This document shows positions 10,016 through 20,746 of a stretch of 64,000 bases of DNA, one piece after another. Position numbers and translations under genes: made by a program. A model generated the notes under the pieces. The model did not search any database, had not been told where the DNA came from, and was given only the letters and a program-made list of their open reading frames with translations. The stretch is from Escherichia phage EcoM2, in the sequence record PQ818761.1. The stretch is one strand, 5' to 3'. Position 1 is the stretch's first letter; each line of letters begins with the position of its first letter.

Positions 10016-10873
10016 ATGTCTAAAGTTGTTAAAATGAAAGCTCCGGTAGAGAAGTACAATGGTACTGAACGTCAAACTCTGCGTTACCTGCTGAAAGATG
10101 TCTGGTTTTATTACCTGAACACTTCACCACGTCCGGGAAAAGGTAAATCCATTGACAAGAAATTCCCAGGCAAAGACTGCAACTACAGTGTTTCAATTCT
10201 GGCAGAAGATGGTAACAAACTGTTTAAAGAGTTTACTAAGTCTAAGAAAAACCCAGAAGGTTGGGATAAAGTTACTACTGAAGCGGTTGATGCAGATGAC
10301 TTCGAAGAGAAGTTTGGTTGCAAACCACCTTTTGAAGCAGACACTTACTACATCTTGAAAGTAAGTCGTGCAGCCGCTTATAAAGACGGTGCTGTGTGGA
10401 CAGCTAAACAGTCATTCCCTGTAATGCTGATTGAAGAAGTAAATGGTAAGCGTGTAGCTGTTAAACAGCCGATGAAGAAAATCAAAGCTCAAGCATCTGA
10501 CAAACACGAAGATGACAAGAACTATGATGTAATTCATCCAGATATTGCAGTCGGTAACGGTTCTTTTGGTAGTGTGATTCTTTCTACTCACTTCTACACT
10601 TTTGAGAACAATGTTCTGACAAAACCTATTCAGGAACAGTTTATCATTGATACTCTTGTGCCTTACACTGGTGGTAACGGTGCTAACGGTGAACCTGAAC
10701 TGGATGAAGACGAACTGGCTATGCTTGGTCTTGATGGTGTTGAAGATAACGGTGAAATCACTGAAGAAGACGCAAAAGACCACAAACCTTCGAATGATTC
10801 TGATGATGGTGACGATGAAGACTTGCCAGACCCAGATGACGAAGAAGATGAAGACTTCGATACAGAAGACTAA
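10016..10873 (+). CDS. putative single-stranded DNA-binding protein
   Basis: 285 aa with a strongly acidic C-terminal tail (DDGDDEDLPDPDDEEDEDFDTED) as in T7 gp2.5 / T4 gp32; sits between primase-helicase and exonuclease. Confidence 0.5.
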   Translation: MSKVVKMKAPVEKYNGTERQTLRYLLKDVWFYYLNTSPRPGKGKSIDKKFPGKDCNYSVSILAEDGNKLFKEFTKSKKNPEGWDKVTTEAVDADDFEEKFGCKPPFEADTYYILKVSRAAAYKDGAVWTAKQSFPVMLIEEVNGKRVAVKQPMKKIKAQASDKHEDDKNYDVIHPDIAVGNGSFGSVILSTHFYTFENNVLTKPIQEQFIIDTLVPYTGGNGANGEPELDEDELAMLGLDGVEDNGEITEEDAKDHKPSNDSDDGDDEDLPDPDDEEDEDFDTED

Positions 10874-10892
10874 TCTCTAAAAGTTACTTTAA

Positions 10893-10920
10893 AGCCCTGT
10901 ACTTAGTATGGGGCTTTTTC
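10893..10920 (+). terminator. putative terminator
   Basis: AGCCC...GGGGCT hairpin followed by TTTTT. Confidence 0.4.
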
Positions 10921-10935
10921 ATATGGAGAGTCACA

Positions 10936-11976
10936 ATGGAGAAGTACACATTAAAAAAACTTCCCGATTCAGTTACACATGTCTTTATTGACTCTGACAG
11001 TATTGCCTATAAAGGTGCTTGTGTAGTTGAGAAAGCAAAATATAAATATGTCAATAAACTCACAGCAGAAGAATCTGAACCATTTGATAATGCAAAAGAT
11101 GCTTCAAGATGGTTAGCAGACCAGAGAATCCTTGTGGAAGAGCTTGGCCTAGCATTTGATGAAGATGAATGGGAAAGACAGACTTGGAAAGAAGCTAAGA
11201 GTGAAAAAGAAGCTATCATGGCTACTCAGCAGGTTCTTCAGGAATGGCTTAAGGTTGTTGGTAAAGAAAGAACTTGGGTAGGCTACTTAACAGAGAAAGG
11301 TGTACATAAACATAAAGACGTTAAAGGTCTTGAGCACCAATATCAAGGTAACCGTAAAGATGCTGTTACACCAACACATTTAGTCGCTTGTCGTGAATAT
11401 CTTTTATCCAGACCAGAGTTCAAGCTCTTAAAAGGTGGCTTCGAAGCTGACTCAATCGTAATTGCTAAAGCTGAAAAGATGGGTAAGAAAGCTGCTCTTA
11501 TGAGTATTGACAAAGACCTTCGACAAGCTGAAGGGACTTATTGTATTGATATGACTTATGAAAAGTCACCACTAATTTTTATTGCTGACAATAATGTTGG
11601 TGATATCTGGGATTGTCCTATCAAATCAAAACCAAAAGCTGCAAAAACAGTTGGTGTAGGTTTTAAATTCTTGTGTTATCAGGCTGTTGCTGGAGATAAT
11701 GCAGACAACTACTTCGGCCTTAAAGGTGCTGGCAAAGTAGCTGTAATGAATGCTTTAGATGGTAAAGAGACATATAAAGAGTGCCTTGATGCTATCTATG
11801 AACTCTATGCTAAAAAAGACTCTTATACCTATGTGTCATGGGATGGACAGACTGTTACCAAAACGCCATTAGAGTTAATGGAACAGCATTTCTGGATAGC
11901 ATATCAAGAGAGAAATCCAAAAGATAATTTCTCTTTTAAGAAATATAATTGGGAGCCGTGTATGAATGAAGATTAA
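10936..11976 (+). CDS. 5'-3' exonuclease / flap endonuclease
   Basis: N-terminal FIDSDSIAYKGA and later VAGDNADNYFGLKGAGKVAV resemble FEN / Pol I 5'-nuclease motifs; position next to replication genes. Confidence 0.6.
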   Translation: MEKYTLKKLPDSVTHVFIDSDSIAYKGACVVEKAKYKYVNKLTAEESEPFDNAKDASRWLADQRILVEELGLAFDEDEWERQTWKEAKSEKEAIMATQQVLQEWLKVVGKERTWVGYLTEKGVHKHKDVKGLEHQYQGNRKDAVTPTHLVACREYLLSRPEFKLLKGGFEADSIVIAKAEKMGKKAALMSIDKDLRQAEGTYCIDMTYEKSPLIFIADNNVGDIWDCPIKSKPKAAKTVGVGFKFLCYQAVAGDNADNYFGLKGAGKVAVMNALDGKETYKECLDAIYELYAKKDSYTYVSWDGQTVTKTPLELMEQHFWIAYQERNPKDNFSFKKYNWEPCMNED

Positions 11977-12463
11977 AGGATTTGGCAATTGTCCTACCTA
12001 TGGTCATTGGATATCTTTATGCGGGGAAGTTGACCCCGCTAAACATTTTGGTTTTGTCTATTTAGTATACTGTAAGAAAACCGGACAATATTATATTGGA
12101 AAGAAACAGCTTAATAGCGTGACCAAAAGAAAAGTTGCTGGTAAGACCCGGAAGAAGGTAGTCACTAAGGAGAGTGATTGGCTGACTTATGAGACATCTT
12201 CTGAGTATATTAAAAAAGATATTGAGAGCTTTGGAAAAGAATTTTTTGACTTTTACATTATCCAAACCTACTACACGAAAGGTGGCCTAGTTTATGGTGA
12301 AGCAAACCTCCAACATAAATTCGATGTAATGACAAAAAGGATTGACTCTAAGCTCAGACTCTTCTACAATGCCAATATTGCAGCAATTAAGTTTATTACT
12401 AAAGAAACTTATGAAGATGCTGAAAAAAGAATCCATAAGGTAATGAAAGCAAACTGTGCTTGA
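11966..12463 (+). CDS. hypothetical protein, possible GIY-YIG-like nuclease domain
   Basis: FVYLVYCKKTGQYYIGKK resembles a GIY...YIG motif pair; weak. Confidence 0.35.
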   Translation: MKIKGFGNCPTYGHWISLCGEVDPAKHFGFVYLVYCKKTGQYYIGKKQLNSVTKRKVAGKTRKKVVTKESDWLTYETSSEYIKKDIESFGKEFFDFYIIQTYYTKGGLVYGEANLQHKFDVMTKRIDSKLRLFYNANIAAIKFITKETYEDAEKRIHKVMKANCA

Positions 12464-12469
12464 TAACTA

Positions 12470-12733
12470 TTGAGAGAGAATAAAATGTTTAACAAAAGTA
12501 AAGCTGTGAGTCATGTAGCAAAAGTTGACAGCAAGATTGAAGAACTTGAGCGCATTCTTGCAAATGCCAGAGAGTCAATAATTAAAGAAGTTGAAGCTGT
12601 TGAATCTCAAATGCAGCACCTAATGCTTAAACGTCAAGAGCTACGTGAGCATCTGGAATATATTGAAACGCGAGAGCTAAAGGTTAACAAATATTTTAAG
12701 GAGTCCGAATGTTTAACTCAAGAGAATCAGTAA
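12470..12733 (+). CDS. hypothetical coiled-coil protein
   Basis: 87 aa ORF. Confidence 0.4.
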   Translation: MRENKMFNKSKAVSHVAKVDSKIEELERILANARESIIKEVEAVESQMQHLMLKRQELREHLEYIETRELKVNKYFKESECLTQENQ

Positions 12734-13464
12734 AAAACTGGAACCTTCGTTGTGGAAACACTCAAAAGCAACCTTACAGTGACGAGTATTGGGAATCTTT
12801 AAAGTCCCAATCTCTGTGTATGCTTGAAGAAGCAAAAGAGCTTGTAAAAGCAATTGAAGAGAAAGACCCCATTGAGACACTGGATGCTCAGGCAGATTTG
12901 CAATATGTCCTTGATGGTCTTATTTATCTGTCACAACATGACCATAACGGTGCTATGAAAGCTGTTTGTCATAATAATGACCTGAAGTACACAGATGACT
13001 ATGAAGAAGCTTTAAAACGTCTTGCAGATATTGAGAAGCGTACTGGTCAAGAGTGTATTATCAGAATGTCAGTGGTTGATGGTAAAGAGTGGTATGCGAT
13101 TGTCCGTGCAGCCGATGGGAAGATTATGAAGCAATCAAATCTCCCTAAAGTACAGCTTGGTGAATACATTGTAGAACTTGAAAGCCAAGAACTTTTTGTG
13201 GTAGTATCTGAGACATGCGTTATCTGCAAAGGTATTGTATGTAGCTTAAAGGATTTGGGTGTAGATGGTTTTGTAGAAGTTAATCCAATTACCTCTAAAG
13301 CAGATAAAGATTTCTGTAAAGAGAATGGACTATGGATTGCAGATATTGTCTACTATGATGGTGAGCAGTTCCATGTAACCTCATACCCAAAACTGAATTA
13401 TGATGCTAATAACCTGAAGTGCTGGTTAAAAGGGGTTGGTTATAATGGATTCACAGAACATTAA
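12709..13464 (+). CDS. hypothetical protein
   Basis: 251 aa ORF. Confidence 0.5.
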   Translation: MFNSRESVKNWNLRCGNTQKQPYSDEYWESLKSQSLCMLEEAKELVKAIEEKDPIETLDAQADLQYVLDGLIYLSQHDHNGAMKAVCHNNDLKYTDDYEEALKRLADIEKRTGQECIIRMSVVDGKEWYAIVRAADGKIMKQSNLPKVQLGEYIVELESQELFVVVSETCVICKGIVCSLKDLGVDGFVEVNPITSKADKDFCKENGLWIADIVYYDGEQFHVTSYPKLNYDANNLKCWLKGVGYNGFTEH

Positions 13465-13768
13465 TAAAGAAGGTGTGGCTCAGAAGAGCCACTTCTCAAA
13501 CTACAATATCTCTATGACGGTGTTTATGAATGACCCGTTACTTGAGAAGTATGGTGAGACTCCAGATACACTTCTGGATAATGAACAAGTTTTAAAAGCA
13601 GTTCTGTACAAATACGGGATTGATATTGAGAAAGAGTATTCTTTTGAAATCTGTCAACACAGGAATACTTTTGGTAAAGTTGTAATGGCTCCACTCTTCA
13701 TGGGTGTAGAAAGAACTGACTATGGTTGGTTATATCTAAAAAGAAACTTGGAGAAATACCGTGTCTAA
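13436..13768 (+). CDS. hypothetical protein
   Basis: 110 aa ORF. Confidence 0.4.
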   Translation: MVIMDSQNINKEGVAQKSHFSNYNISMTVFMNDPLLEKYGETPDTLLDNEQVLKAVLYKYGIDIEKEYSFEICQHRNTFGKVVMAPLFMGVERTDYGWLYLKRNLEKYRV

Positions 13769-14093
13769 AGCAAAAAAGCTATCTTATGATGACATTATCT
13801 CAGGTGCTAAATTAGGTGTTGATAGTATCGGACAAGATGTTAAGCACGGGGACACAGTCATGTACTGTGACGACAGAAGAGGCAGAAGTGCAATCTTGTT
13901 TGGAAGAGTTGTGTGCAAGATGCGAGGTAATTACGTTGTTGAAGACATGAATGTGGATGTCACAAAACAGCTTGAAATAATTATGAATAGTAATATATCA
14001 TGGTTCGTGAATTGTATGCACACCTCTTCAGTCACAAAGGTAAGTGATAAGTTTTACGATATGTGGCAGAATGAGCAAATTTTCAAGATTTAA
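13761..14093 (+). CDS. hypothetical protein
   Basis: 110 aa ORF. Confidence 0.4.
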   Translation: MSKAKKLSYDDIISGAKLGVDSIGQDVKHGDTVMYCDDRRGRSAILFGRVVCKMRGNYVVEDMNVDVTKQLEIIMNSNISWFVNCMHTSSVTKVSDKFYDMWQNEQIFKI

Positions 14094-14096
14094 ACT

Positions 14097-14126
14097 AGGG
14101 AGCCTCTTCGGAGGCTCTTTTCATCT
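14097..14126 (+). terminator. rho-independent terminator
   Basis: GGGAGCCTC-TTCG-GAGGCTC hairpin followed by TTTT. Confidence 0.6.
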
Positions 14127-14139
14127 GTAGGATTCAAAA

Positions 14140-16374
14140 ATGATTAAGACAATTAAAAAATCAAATGGTACAGTAGTAAGCTTTGACCCAGAAAGACTGA
14201 ATAAGTGGGCATCATGGGCAGATAAGCGTGGAATCATCTGGTCAGAAGTCACTATGGAAGCCATGAAACGTGTCTATGAAGGTTGCACTACAAAAGAGAT
14301 GCACCAAGCTATGATTGATGTTTGTGTTGATAAACAAACTCAAGAGTACTCAGACATGGCTGGGCGGCTACTTCTGGGGATTATCTACAAAGAAGCCTTT
14401 GGGGGCTTTACTAAGGTTCCTACGCTGATTACCTTCGTTAAAAATATGGAGAGAGCAGGACTTTGGGAGAAGATGGATTATTCACAGGAAGAGCTTGAAT
14501 ACCTGCAAGGTTACATCGTGCACTCAAAAGATATCTCTTACGGTTATGCAGTCTTGAAACAGTTCAGAGACAAGTACGGCATCCGTGATATTAAAACGGG
14601 AAGACTGTTTGAGTCACCACAATTTATGTTTATGGGTATGGCTATGAAAGCCTTTGAGAAGCAACCAAAGCACCGTAGACTGCAAGATGTTATCAAGCTG
14701 TACACTTACCTATCTGACCTGAAGATTAACGCTCCTACGCCTTATTTAAACGGTTTAAGAGCCACCAAGTCAGGCTATGCGTCATGCTGTTTGATTAAGG
14801 CAAATGATACTGCTGAATCACTTGGTATTGCTGCAAAGGTTGCTTATGATATGACTACAAAGCAAGCTGGTATTGGTATGCTGATGGAGACTCGCACTAT
14901 TGGTGATGGTATCCGTCAAAATACTATTGAGCACATGGGTAAACTACCTTATTACAAGCTTGTACGTTCATCTGTAGAGGCAAACAAACAGAAGAGTCGT
15001 GGTGGTTCAGCTAATAACTTCTACACTGCTCTAGACCCGCAGATTGAAGATTTACTGCGTTTGAAGCACCCTACAACGGTTCCTTCTAAACGTATTAATG
15101 AGATGGACTACTCATTCGGCACAAACGATTATTTCTGGCAGTGTGTTCAGTATGATACAGATTGGTTGCTATTCTCTTACAAAGATGCACCAAAACTCTA
15201 TGACATGTTCTACACAGCATCTGCTGATGAGTTTGCTATGGCAGTTGGTCACGCAGTACATTCAGGAGTTAAGCACAGACGAGTCAAGGCTCGTGAAATT
15301 GCTAAGCTGTTTATTCAACAGCGTTATGCTACAGGTCGTGTGTATCCATTCTTCACTAACAACGCAAACACACATACACCATTTAAAGAACCATTGAAGA
15401 TGTCAAATCTTTGTATGGAAATTGTATTGCCAGTGTATGGTTTTGAGAAAGAGACAGACCTTTACAGAGACGATGCTGTGAAAGAGGATGGTGAGGTGGC
15501 TCTTTGCTTCCTAGCTAGTTTGGTTGCAGGGAGAATTTCAGAAGATGAATACGCTGACGTTGCTTATTATGCTCTTGCAATGGTTGACTCCGTTATTGAC
15601 CTTATGGATTACCCGTATCCGTCGATGCGTAACCATGTTCAGAAGCGTCGTTCTGTTGGGATTGGCCTTACAAATGTGGCTCATTACCTTGCAAAGAACT
15701 ACGTGAACTACTCTTCACGAGCAGGTAAAACGAAACTTCATGAACTTGCAGAGATGCACTCTTACTATCTGCATGAAGCCTCGCTGAGACTTGCTAAAGA
15801 ACGTGGCGTGCCAGAGTACATGAAGTTCACTAAGTATCCTGAAGGCTGGGTTCCTCCAAAGACAGCTAACAAGAAGATTGATGAAAAGCATGATGCAAAA
15901 CTACGATATGATTGGGATGACTTAGCACAACGTATCAAAGAAAATGGTGGAATCCGAAACTCTGTATTAGAAGCTTACATGCCTAATGAGAGTTCTTCAC
16001 TAGCAACTAATACGACAAATGGCTTGTACCCAATTCGTGACTTTATTTTAACTAAAAAGTCTGCAACTGGTAACGTGCTGTTTATTGTTCCAGATTATGA
16101 AGAGTTGAAGTATGTCTATGAAATTGCTTGGGGTATTGACACCTTTGACCTGATTGATTGTTATGCAATTGTTCAAAAGTTCACTGGTCAAGCTATCTCT
16201 TCAGATTTCTATGTTGACTACGCAAAAGCTAAGAAGGTATCATTGGCTCAAGCTTTGAAGTACATGATTTATGCCAACTCGGTAGGTATGAAAACCATGT
16301 ACTACCTTAACAGTCGCATTGGTGTAGGTAAATCTGCACTGCAAGATGCTTATTGCGAGGGTTGTGGTGTTTAG
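14140..16374 (+). CDS. nrdA: ribonucleotide reductase class I large subunit
   Basis: 744 aa; N-terminal ATP-cone-like VVSFDPERLNKW and active-site region NLCMEIVLP typical of class I RNR alpha. Confidence 0.9.
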   Translation: MIKTIKKSNGTVVSFDPERLNKWASWADKRGIIWSEVTMEAMKRVYEGCTTKEMHQAMIDVCVDKQTQEYSDMAGRLLLGIIYKEAFGGFTKVPTLITFVKNMERAGLWEKMDYSQEELEYLQGYIVHSKDISYGYAVLKQFRDKYGIRDIKTGRLFESPQFMFMGMAMKAFEKQPKHRRLQDVIKLYTYLSDLKINAPTPYLNGLRATKSGYASCCLIKANDTAESLGIAAKVAYDMTTKQAGIGMLMETRTIGDGIRQNTIEHMGKLPYYKLVRSSVEANKQKSRGGSANNFYTALDPQIEDLLRLKHPTTVPSKRINEMDYSFGTNDYFWQCVQYDTDWLLFSYKDAPKLYDMFYTASADEFAMAVGHAVHSGVKHRRVKAREIAKLFIQQRYATGRVYPFFTNNANTHTPFKEPLKMSNLCMEIVLPVYGFEKETDLYRDDAVKEDGEVALCFLASLVAGRISEDEYADVAYYALAMVDSVIDLMDYPYPSMRNHVQKRRSVGIGLTNVAHYLAKNYVNYSSRAGKTKLHELAEMHSYYLHEASLRLAKERGVPEYMKFTKYPEGWVPPKTANKKIDEKHDAKLRYDWDDLAQRIKENGGIRNSVLEAYMPNESSSLATNTTNGLYPIRDFILTKKSATGNVLFIVPDYEELKYVYEIAWGIDTFDLIDCYAIVQKFTGQAISSDFYVDYAKAKKVSLAQALKYMIYANSVGMKTMYYLNSRIGVGKSALQDAYCEGCGV

Positions 16375-16429
16375 TTTTAACAACTATGAGGGTCGTAAAA
16401 GACCCTCTAAAAATAACTTTGGAGAGACC

Positions 16430-16687
16430 ATGAAAGATTTAATAGAAAAACATGAGCGACCAATATACTTGCTCTACAAACCCCGCAAAACATTGTACTA
16501 TGTGAGCAGCACAGGTATCATGATAAAGCAGAATGATGACTTATGGGTCACTGGAGCCTCTTACATCTCTACAGCAGATGGTAAAATCTACGCAAGACCT
16601 TATGAGATGTTTAACAAAGAGAATTGGGAAGTTTTAGACAGAAAACAAGCCTTAGAAATGATAAAGAAAGGAGAAATCACGCTATGA
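16430..16687 (+). CDS. hypothetical protein
   Basis: ORF-track ORF 16346..16687 trimmed to ATG 16430 (MKDLIEKHERP...) with GGAGAG RBS. Confidence 0.35.
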   Translation: MKDLIEKHERPIYLLYKPRKTLYYVSSTGIMIKQNDDLWVTGASYISTADGKIYARPYEMFNKENWEVLDRKQALEMIKKGEITL

Positions 16688-17757
16688 TTAACCAGCACCC
16701 AATCTTTTTAGGTGGTGAGAGAAAAACTTTTGACTCACTTAATAAGCACTACCCAAAAATCTTCGAACTTTATAAACAACAAAAAGCACAAGACTGGTCA
16801 GAAGATGAGTTCCCTTTTGAACAATCACGTCTTGATTTTGAGAGTGTCCCAGCATCAATGTCAGGTGTAATGCTTGAGATTCTTAAGTGGCAGTGGGAAG
16901 CAGACACTCAAGTTGCTAAGAGCTTGGCATTTGCCTTTGCACCCTTTATCTCTGATGACATCTATGCAACTGCAATTATGAAGCAGTCTGAGATTGAAAA
17001 CCTACACGCTCTTACTTACTCAGAGATTGTAAGACAATGTATTAAAAACCCTGAAACAATCTTAGATGAGATTAACCAGAATGTTGCTGTACAAGACCGA
17101 TTAAAAACTGTGAATCGTGTTCTTGAAGAATTACTGGATGAAGGTATAAACTATCGTCTGAGTTATGTGCGTGACTCACTTCTGGACAAAGACCCTTTAC
17201 ACTTCCATAAAGTGATTCTAAAAGGTCTATTTGCAGTGACTGCACTTGAAGGTATTTCTTTTATGGCATCTTTTGCATGTACTTTTGCACTTGATGCTCA
17301 AGATAAATTTCAAGGTATTGCTCAAGCTGTCCAGAAAATTATGCTTGACGAAATCCTTCACACTAAAATTGATATTGAAGTTTTAAAAGAAACTTTAAGA
17401 GATGATGAGTGGCAAAAAGCTTTCCAACAAATTCTTCCAGAGATTAAAGTAATCTTAGATGAAGTAGTTGAAAGTGAAGAGAAATGGTCGTATTATATCT
17501 TCTCCGAAGGACGTGCTGTAGTTGGGTTAAATACAAAGCTTCTTCATGAGTGGGTTTACTATAATGCTGCCCCACTGTATGATATGTTTGGCATTCCCAG
17601 AGATTTTGTAGCTCCTAAAGAACCACCTTTGAAGTATATGATTAAGAAGATGGAAATTGATAAAGAGCAGAATGCTAATCAGGAGCAACAGAACGGTGCG
17701 TATTTATTGAATACTGTTGTAGATGATTTGAATAGTGGATTTTTAGAGGTTCCTTAA
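16684..17757 (+). CDS. nrdB: ribonucleotide reductase class I small subunit
   Basis: Immediately follows nrdA; start ATG 16684 (MINQHPIF) has AGGAG RBS and ATGA overlap; about 357 aa, typical size for R2. Motif-level confirmation not done. Confidence 0.75.
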   Translation: MINQHPIFLGGERKTFDSLNKHYPKIFELYKQQKAQDWSEDEFPFEQSRLDFESVPASMSGVMLEILKWQWEADTQVAKSLAFAFAPFISDDIYATAIMKQSEIENLHALTYSEIVRQCIKNPETILDEINQNVAVQDRLKTVNRVLEELLDEGINYRLSYVRDSLLDKDPLHFHKVILKGLFAVTALEGISFMASFACTFALDAQDKFQGIAQAVQKIMLDEILHTKIDIEVLKETLRDDEWQKAFQQILPEIKVILDEVVESEEKWSYYIFSEGRAVVGLNTKLLHEWVYYNAAPLYDMFGIPRDFVAPKEPPLKYMIKKMEIDKEQNANQEQQNGAYLLNTVVDDLNSGFLEVP

Positions 17758-17999
17758 TGACTTATGTAATTTACTCCAAAACTGGATGCCCTCAGTGTGA
17801 GACTGCAAAGAATTTTGCGAAAGCTCGTGGTATTGACCATGTTGTGAGAATGTTAGGGCAGGATTATGAACTGCCAGACCTGATGGATATTGCACAGATG
17901 CCAGTTCGTCAGATGCCATTCATCATGAAAACTGACGGTCAAAACCTAAAACCTGTTGGGACGCTACAGAATTTTATGGCAGAGGTGAATAATGCTTAA
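17757..17999 (+). CDS. glutaredoxin-like protein (NrdH-type)
   Basis: 80 aa with CPQC redox motif near the N-terminus; TAATG overlap with nrdB. Confidence 0.7.
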   Translation: MTYVIYSKTGCPQCETAKNFAKARGIDHVVRMLGQDYELPDLMDIAQMPVRQMPFIMKTDGQNLKPVGTLQNFMAEVNNA

Positions 18000-18198
18000 A
18001 CGCATTTGGGAAGGTTTGGTTGTTGATGCACCAGCTATTGTGATTGGTATGCTGATTGTTAACCTATTTACTGACTTTGAACAAGGTTCATTGTTTGGAG
18101 CCATGTTACTATGGGTTATCTTCGAAATATTAGAGATACAGCTAGGCATCACTGAAAAACTAAGAAAACTCGTTTCAAAGTTTTCTAAAAAGATTTAA
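17992..18198 (+). CDS. hypothetical small membrane protein
   Basis: 68 aa, hydrophobic. Confidence 0.35.
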   Translation: MLKRIWEGLVVDAPAIVIGMLIVNLFTDFEQGSLFGAMLLWVIFEILEIQLGITEKLRKLVSKFSKKI

Positions 18199-18204
18199 AA
18201 TGAA

Positions 18205-18226
18205 AGGGTCTCTTCGGAGACCTTTT
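18205..18226 (+). terminator. rho-independent terminator
   Basis: GGGTCTC-TTCG-GAGACC hairpin followed by TTTTT. Confidence 0.6.
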
Positions 18227-18246
18227 TAGCATGTAAAGGGGCAATA

Positions 18247-20391
18247 ATGAACAAAGTACAGATTATTAAAAAGAATGGCTCACTTGAAGAACCTGATATC
18301 AAAAAAGTATTAGCAGCAGTAACTAAGTCAGCTAACAGGGTTGGATATAAAGAACTCCCACCAGATGTTACCCAAGCTCTTGAGTCAGCATTCATGAGGA
18401 TTCTGGTAAAGTCCACTAAGCAGAATAATTTACTCATCTCAGTCAATGATATTCACAGCATTGTTGAGGGTGCTTTGGCAGAAGTCAATCACGAGATTTA
18501 TGAGTCTTACTCAACATACAGAAATTACCGTAAAGAAGTTGCTCAAAATTGGGATGAACTCTATCAGAAGACTAAAGACACACTCTTCTTAGGTGACCGT
18601 GAAAATGCTAACTTTGACAGTAGTTTAATTTCTACAAAAGGTTCAATTATTCGTGGTTATCTGACTAAAGAAATCTTTAAACAGTACCATTTAACACCAG
18701 AGGAACTCGAAGCCATTGAGAAAGGGTTTATCTATATCCATGATTTAAGAGACCTAATTTTTGGTGGTATCAACTGTTGCCTGTTTGACATTGGTAAAGT
18801 GCTGAAAGGTGGCTTTGAAATGTCTGGCATCGAATACTGTGAACCAAAGTCTGTGCTGTCAGCCTTACAGGTTATCGGTGATGTAGTTCTTTCAGCAACT
18901 GCACAGCAATTTGGTGGTTTTACTTTAGCAGAGATTGATAAGGTGCTTGTACCGTATGCTAAGAAGTCTCTACGCTATCATGCTGAGAAAGCAGCATCTT
19001 ACGGTATTCCTAAAGAACATTACCATAATTATGTCATGGAGCAGCTACAGATTGAATTAACTCAAGGTTTCCAGTCACTAGAGATGAAGCTAAACACTGT
19101 GCCTTGTAGCCGTGGTGATTTTGCATTCACAACTTTAACATTTGGTTTACTTGACTCAGACATGTCTAATGAAGACAACCGACTACAATACATGATTGCA
19201 AGTACTCTCCTAGATGTTCGTATGAATGGGCAAGGTAAGAGCAAAAAACCTGTTGTATTCCCTAAACTGGTTTATATCTACGACCAGAAGAGACATGATG
19301 AAAATATCTGTCAAGGCCACTTGTACAGTAAAGCTATTGAGTGTTGCTCTAAAGCGATGTATCCAGATTTCTTAAGCGTATCTGGTCATGGTGCTGTAGC
19401 AGAAGCTTTTGAGCGTTCTGGCAAGGTAATTTCACCGATGGGTTGCAGAGCTTTCTTATCCCCATATCTTAACGAGAATGGAGAAGAGTTCTACGTTGGA
19501 CGTGCTAACATTGGTGCTGTGTCTTTGAACTTGCCAATGATTTACCAGTATTCTAAAGAGAATGGTTTAGATTTCTGGAAAGAGCTTGATAAGTACCTAG
19601 AGATGATTCGCAGCTTCCACAAGAAACGCTACGAAATGATTGCTAATATGCCAGCAAGTTCTAACCCTCTTGCATTCACACAAGGTGGTCTGTACAAAGG
19701 GACTAAGAAACCTACTGACAAGGTTGGTTGGGATATCGTGAAGTCCTTCACAGCTTCTTTTGGGGTTACTGCTCTTGATGAGCTGTCTGTTCTTGCTGAA
19801 GGTAAACGACTTCATGAAGTTGGAAGCTATAGTTTTGCATACGATGTTCTGGCATACATTAACATGAAAACTGAAGAGTTTAAGAACGAAGATGGCTTCT
19901 TGTATGCGGTATATGGCACTCCAGCAGAATCACTTTGTGGAACTCAGTTAAAACAGTTCAGGGATATGTTTGGCGTTATTAAAGGTGTCTCTGACAAGGA
20001 ATATTTTACAAACAGTTTCCATATGAATGTTGCAGCAGATATCTCACCATTTGAGAAGCAGGACTTAGAAGAGCCATTCTTCCATATCTGTAGAGGCGGC
20101 AGAATCCAGTATGTGAGAGTAGCTAACCCAGAAAACTTACCAGCACTTAAAAGTTGTATTACAAGAGGGATGTTGAAGGGTTTTTATCAGGGACTTAACT
20201 TTGACTTAGCAATCTGTGAACATTGTGGTAACAGACCAAAGGCTGATGTTGAAGAGTGTGAGGTTTGCCATTCACATGACATCTCTGTGATTAACAGGGT
20301 GTGCGGATATCTGGGATGGACTAAGATTAAAGGTGAATCCCGAATGAATGATGCAAAAATCGCTGAGATTCGTGACAGGATTTCTATGTAA
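18247..20391 (+). CDS. nrdD: anaerobic ribonucleoside-triphosphate reductase (class III)
   Basis: 714 aa; C-terminal Cys cluster CEHCGN...CEVCH followed by glycyl-radical motif RVCGYLG. Confidence 0.85.
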   Translation: MNKVQIIKKNGSLEEPDIKKVLAAVTKSANRVGYKELPPDVTQALESAFMRILVKSTKQNNLLISVNDIHSIVEGALAEVNHEIYESYSTYRNYRKEVAQNWDELYQKTKDTLFLGDRENANFDSSLISTKGSIIRGYLTKEIFKQYHLTPEELEAIEKGFIYIHDLRDLIFGGINCCLFDIGKVLKGGFEMSGIEYCEPKSVLSALQVIGDVVLSATAQQFGGFTLAEIDKVLVPYAKKSLRYHAEKAASYGIPKEHYHNYVMEQLQIELTQGFQSLEMKLNTVPCSRGDFAFTTLTFGLLDSDMSNEDNRLQYMIASTLLDVRMNGQGKSKKPVVFPKLVYIYDQKRHDENICQGHLYSKAIECCSKAMYPDFLSVSGHGAVAEAFERSGKVISPMGCRAFLSPYLNENGEEFYVGRANIGAVSLNLPMIYQYSKENGLDFWKELDKYLEMIRSFHKKRYEMIANMPASSNPLAFTQGGLYKGTKKPTDKVGWDIVKSFTASFGVTALDELSVLAEGKRLHEVGSYSFAYDVLAYINMKTEEFKNEDGFLYAVYGTPAESLCGTQLKQFRDMFGVIKGVSDKEYFTNSFHMNVAADISPFEKQDLEEPFFHICRGGRIQYVRVANPENLPALKSCITRGMLKGFYQGLNFDLAICEHCGNRPKADVEECEVCHSHDISVINRVCGYLGWTKIKGESRMNDAKIAEIRDRISM

Positions 20392-20407
20392 AACTTGACA
20401 AGGTGAT

Positions 20408-20445
20408 GTGGGTCTTGATAGGCTTACATCACCTTTTTTATTGGA
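20408..20445 (+). terminator. putative terminator
   Basis: GGTGATGT...ACATCACC inverted repeat followed by TTTTTT. Confidence 0.5.
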
Positions 20446-20545
20446 TGTTAGATATGGCAGAGAGTATTATTGGGTTGTTCATAGGTTCTGTCTTACTAGG
20501 GTTCTTTTTAGGACTCTCTTATTGTGAATTGAGAGATAAGCTAAA

Positions 20546-20746
20546 ATGTTTAAGATATCAAAAACGATGATATACATACTCCACATTCTAATCTTCTTCT
20601 TTGGGGTTAGTGTTATGGTATGGGGTTTTTCAGACCCACAATGGGGTTTCTCATATCATGGTCAGATGGATTTATGGTCATGCTTCAAACCATTTTTAGG
20701 GTTAGCTATAGCATTCAGTGCATTACCAACTAAGGTGAAATTATGA
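20546..20746 (+). CDS. hypothetical small membrane protein
   Basis: 66 aa, two hydrophobic segments. Confidence 0.35.
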   Translation: MFKISKTMIYILHILIFFFGVSVMVWGFSDPQWGFSYHGQMDLWSCFKPFLGLAIAFSALPTKVKL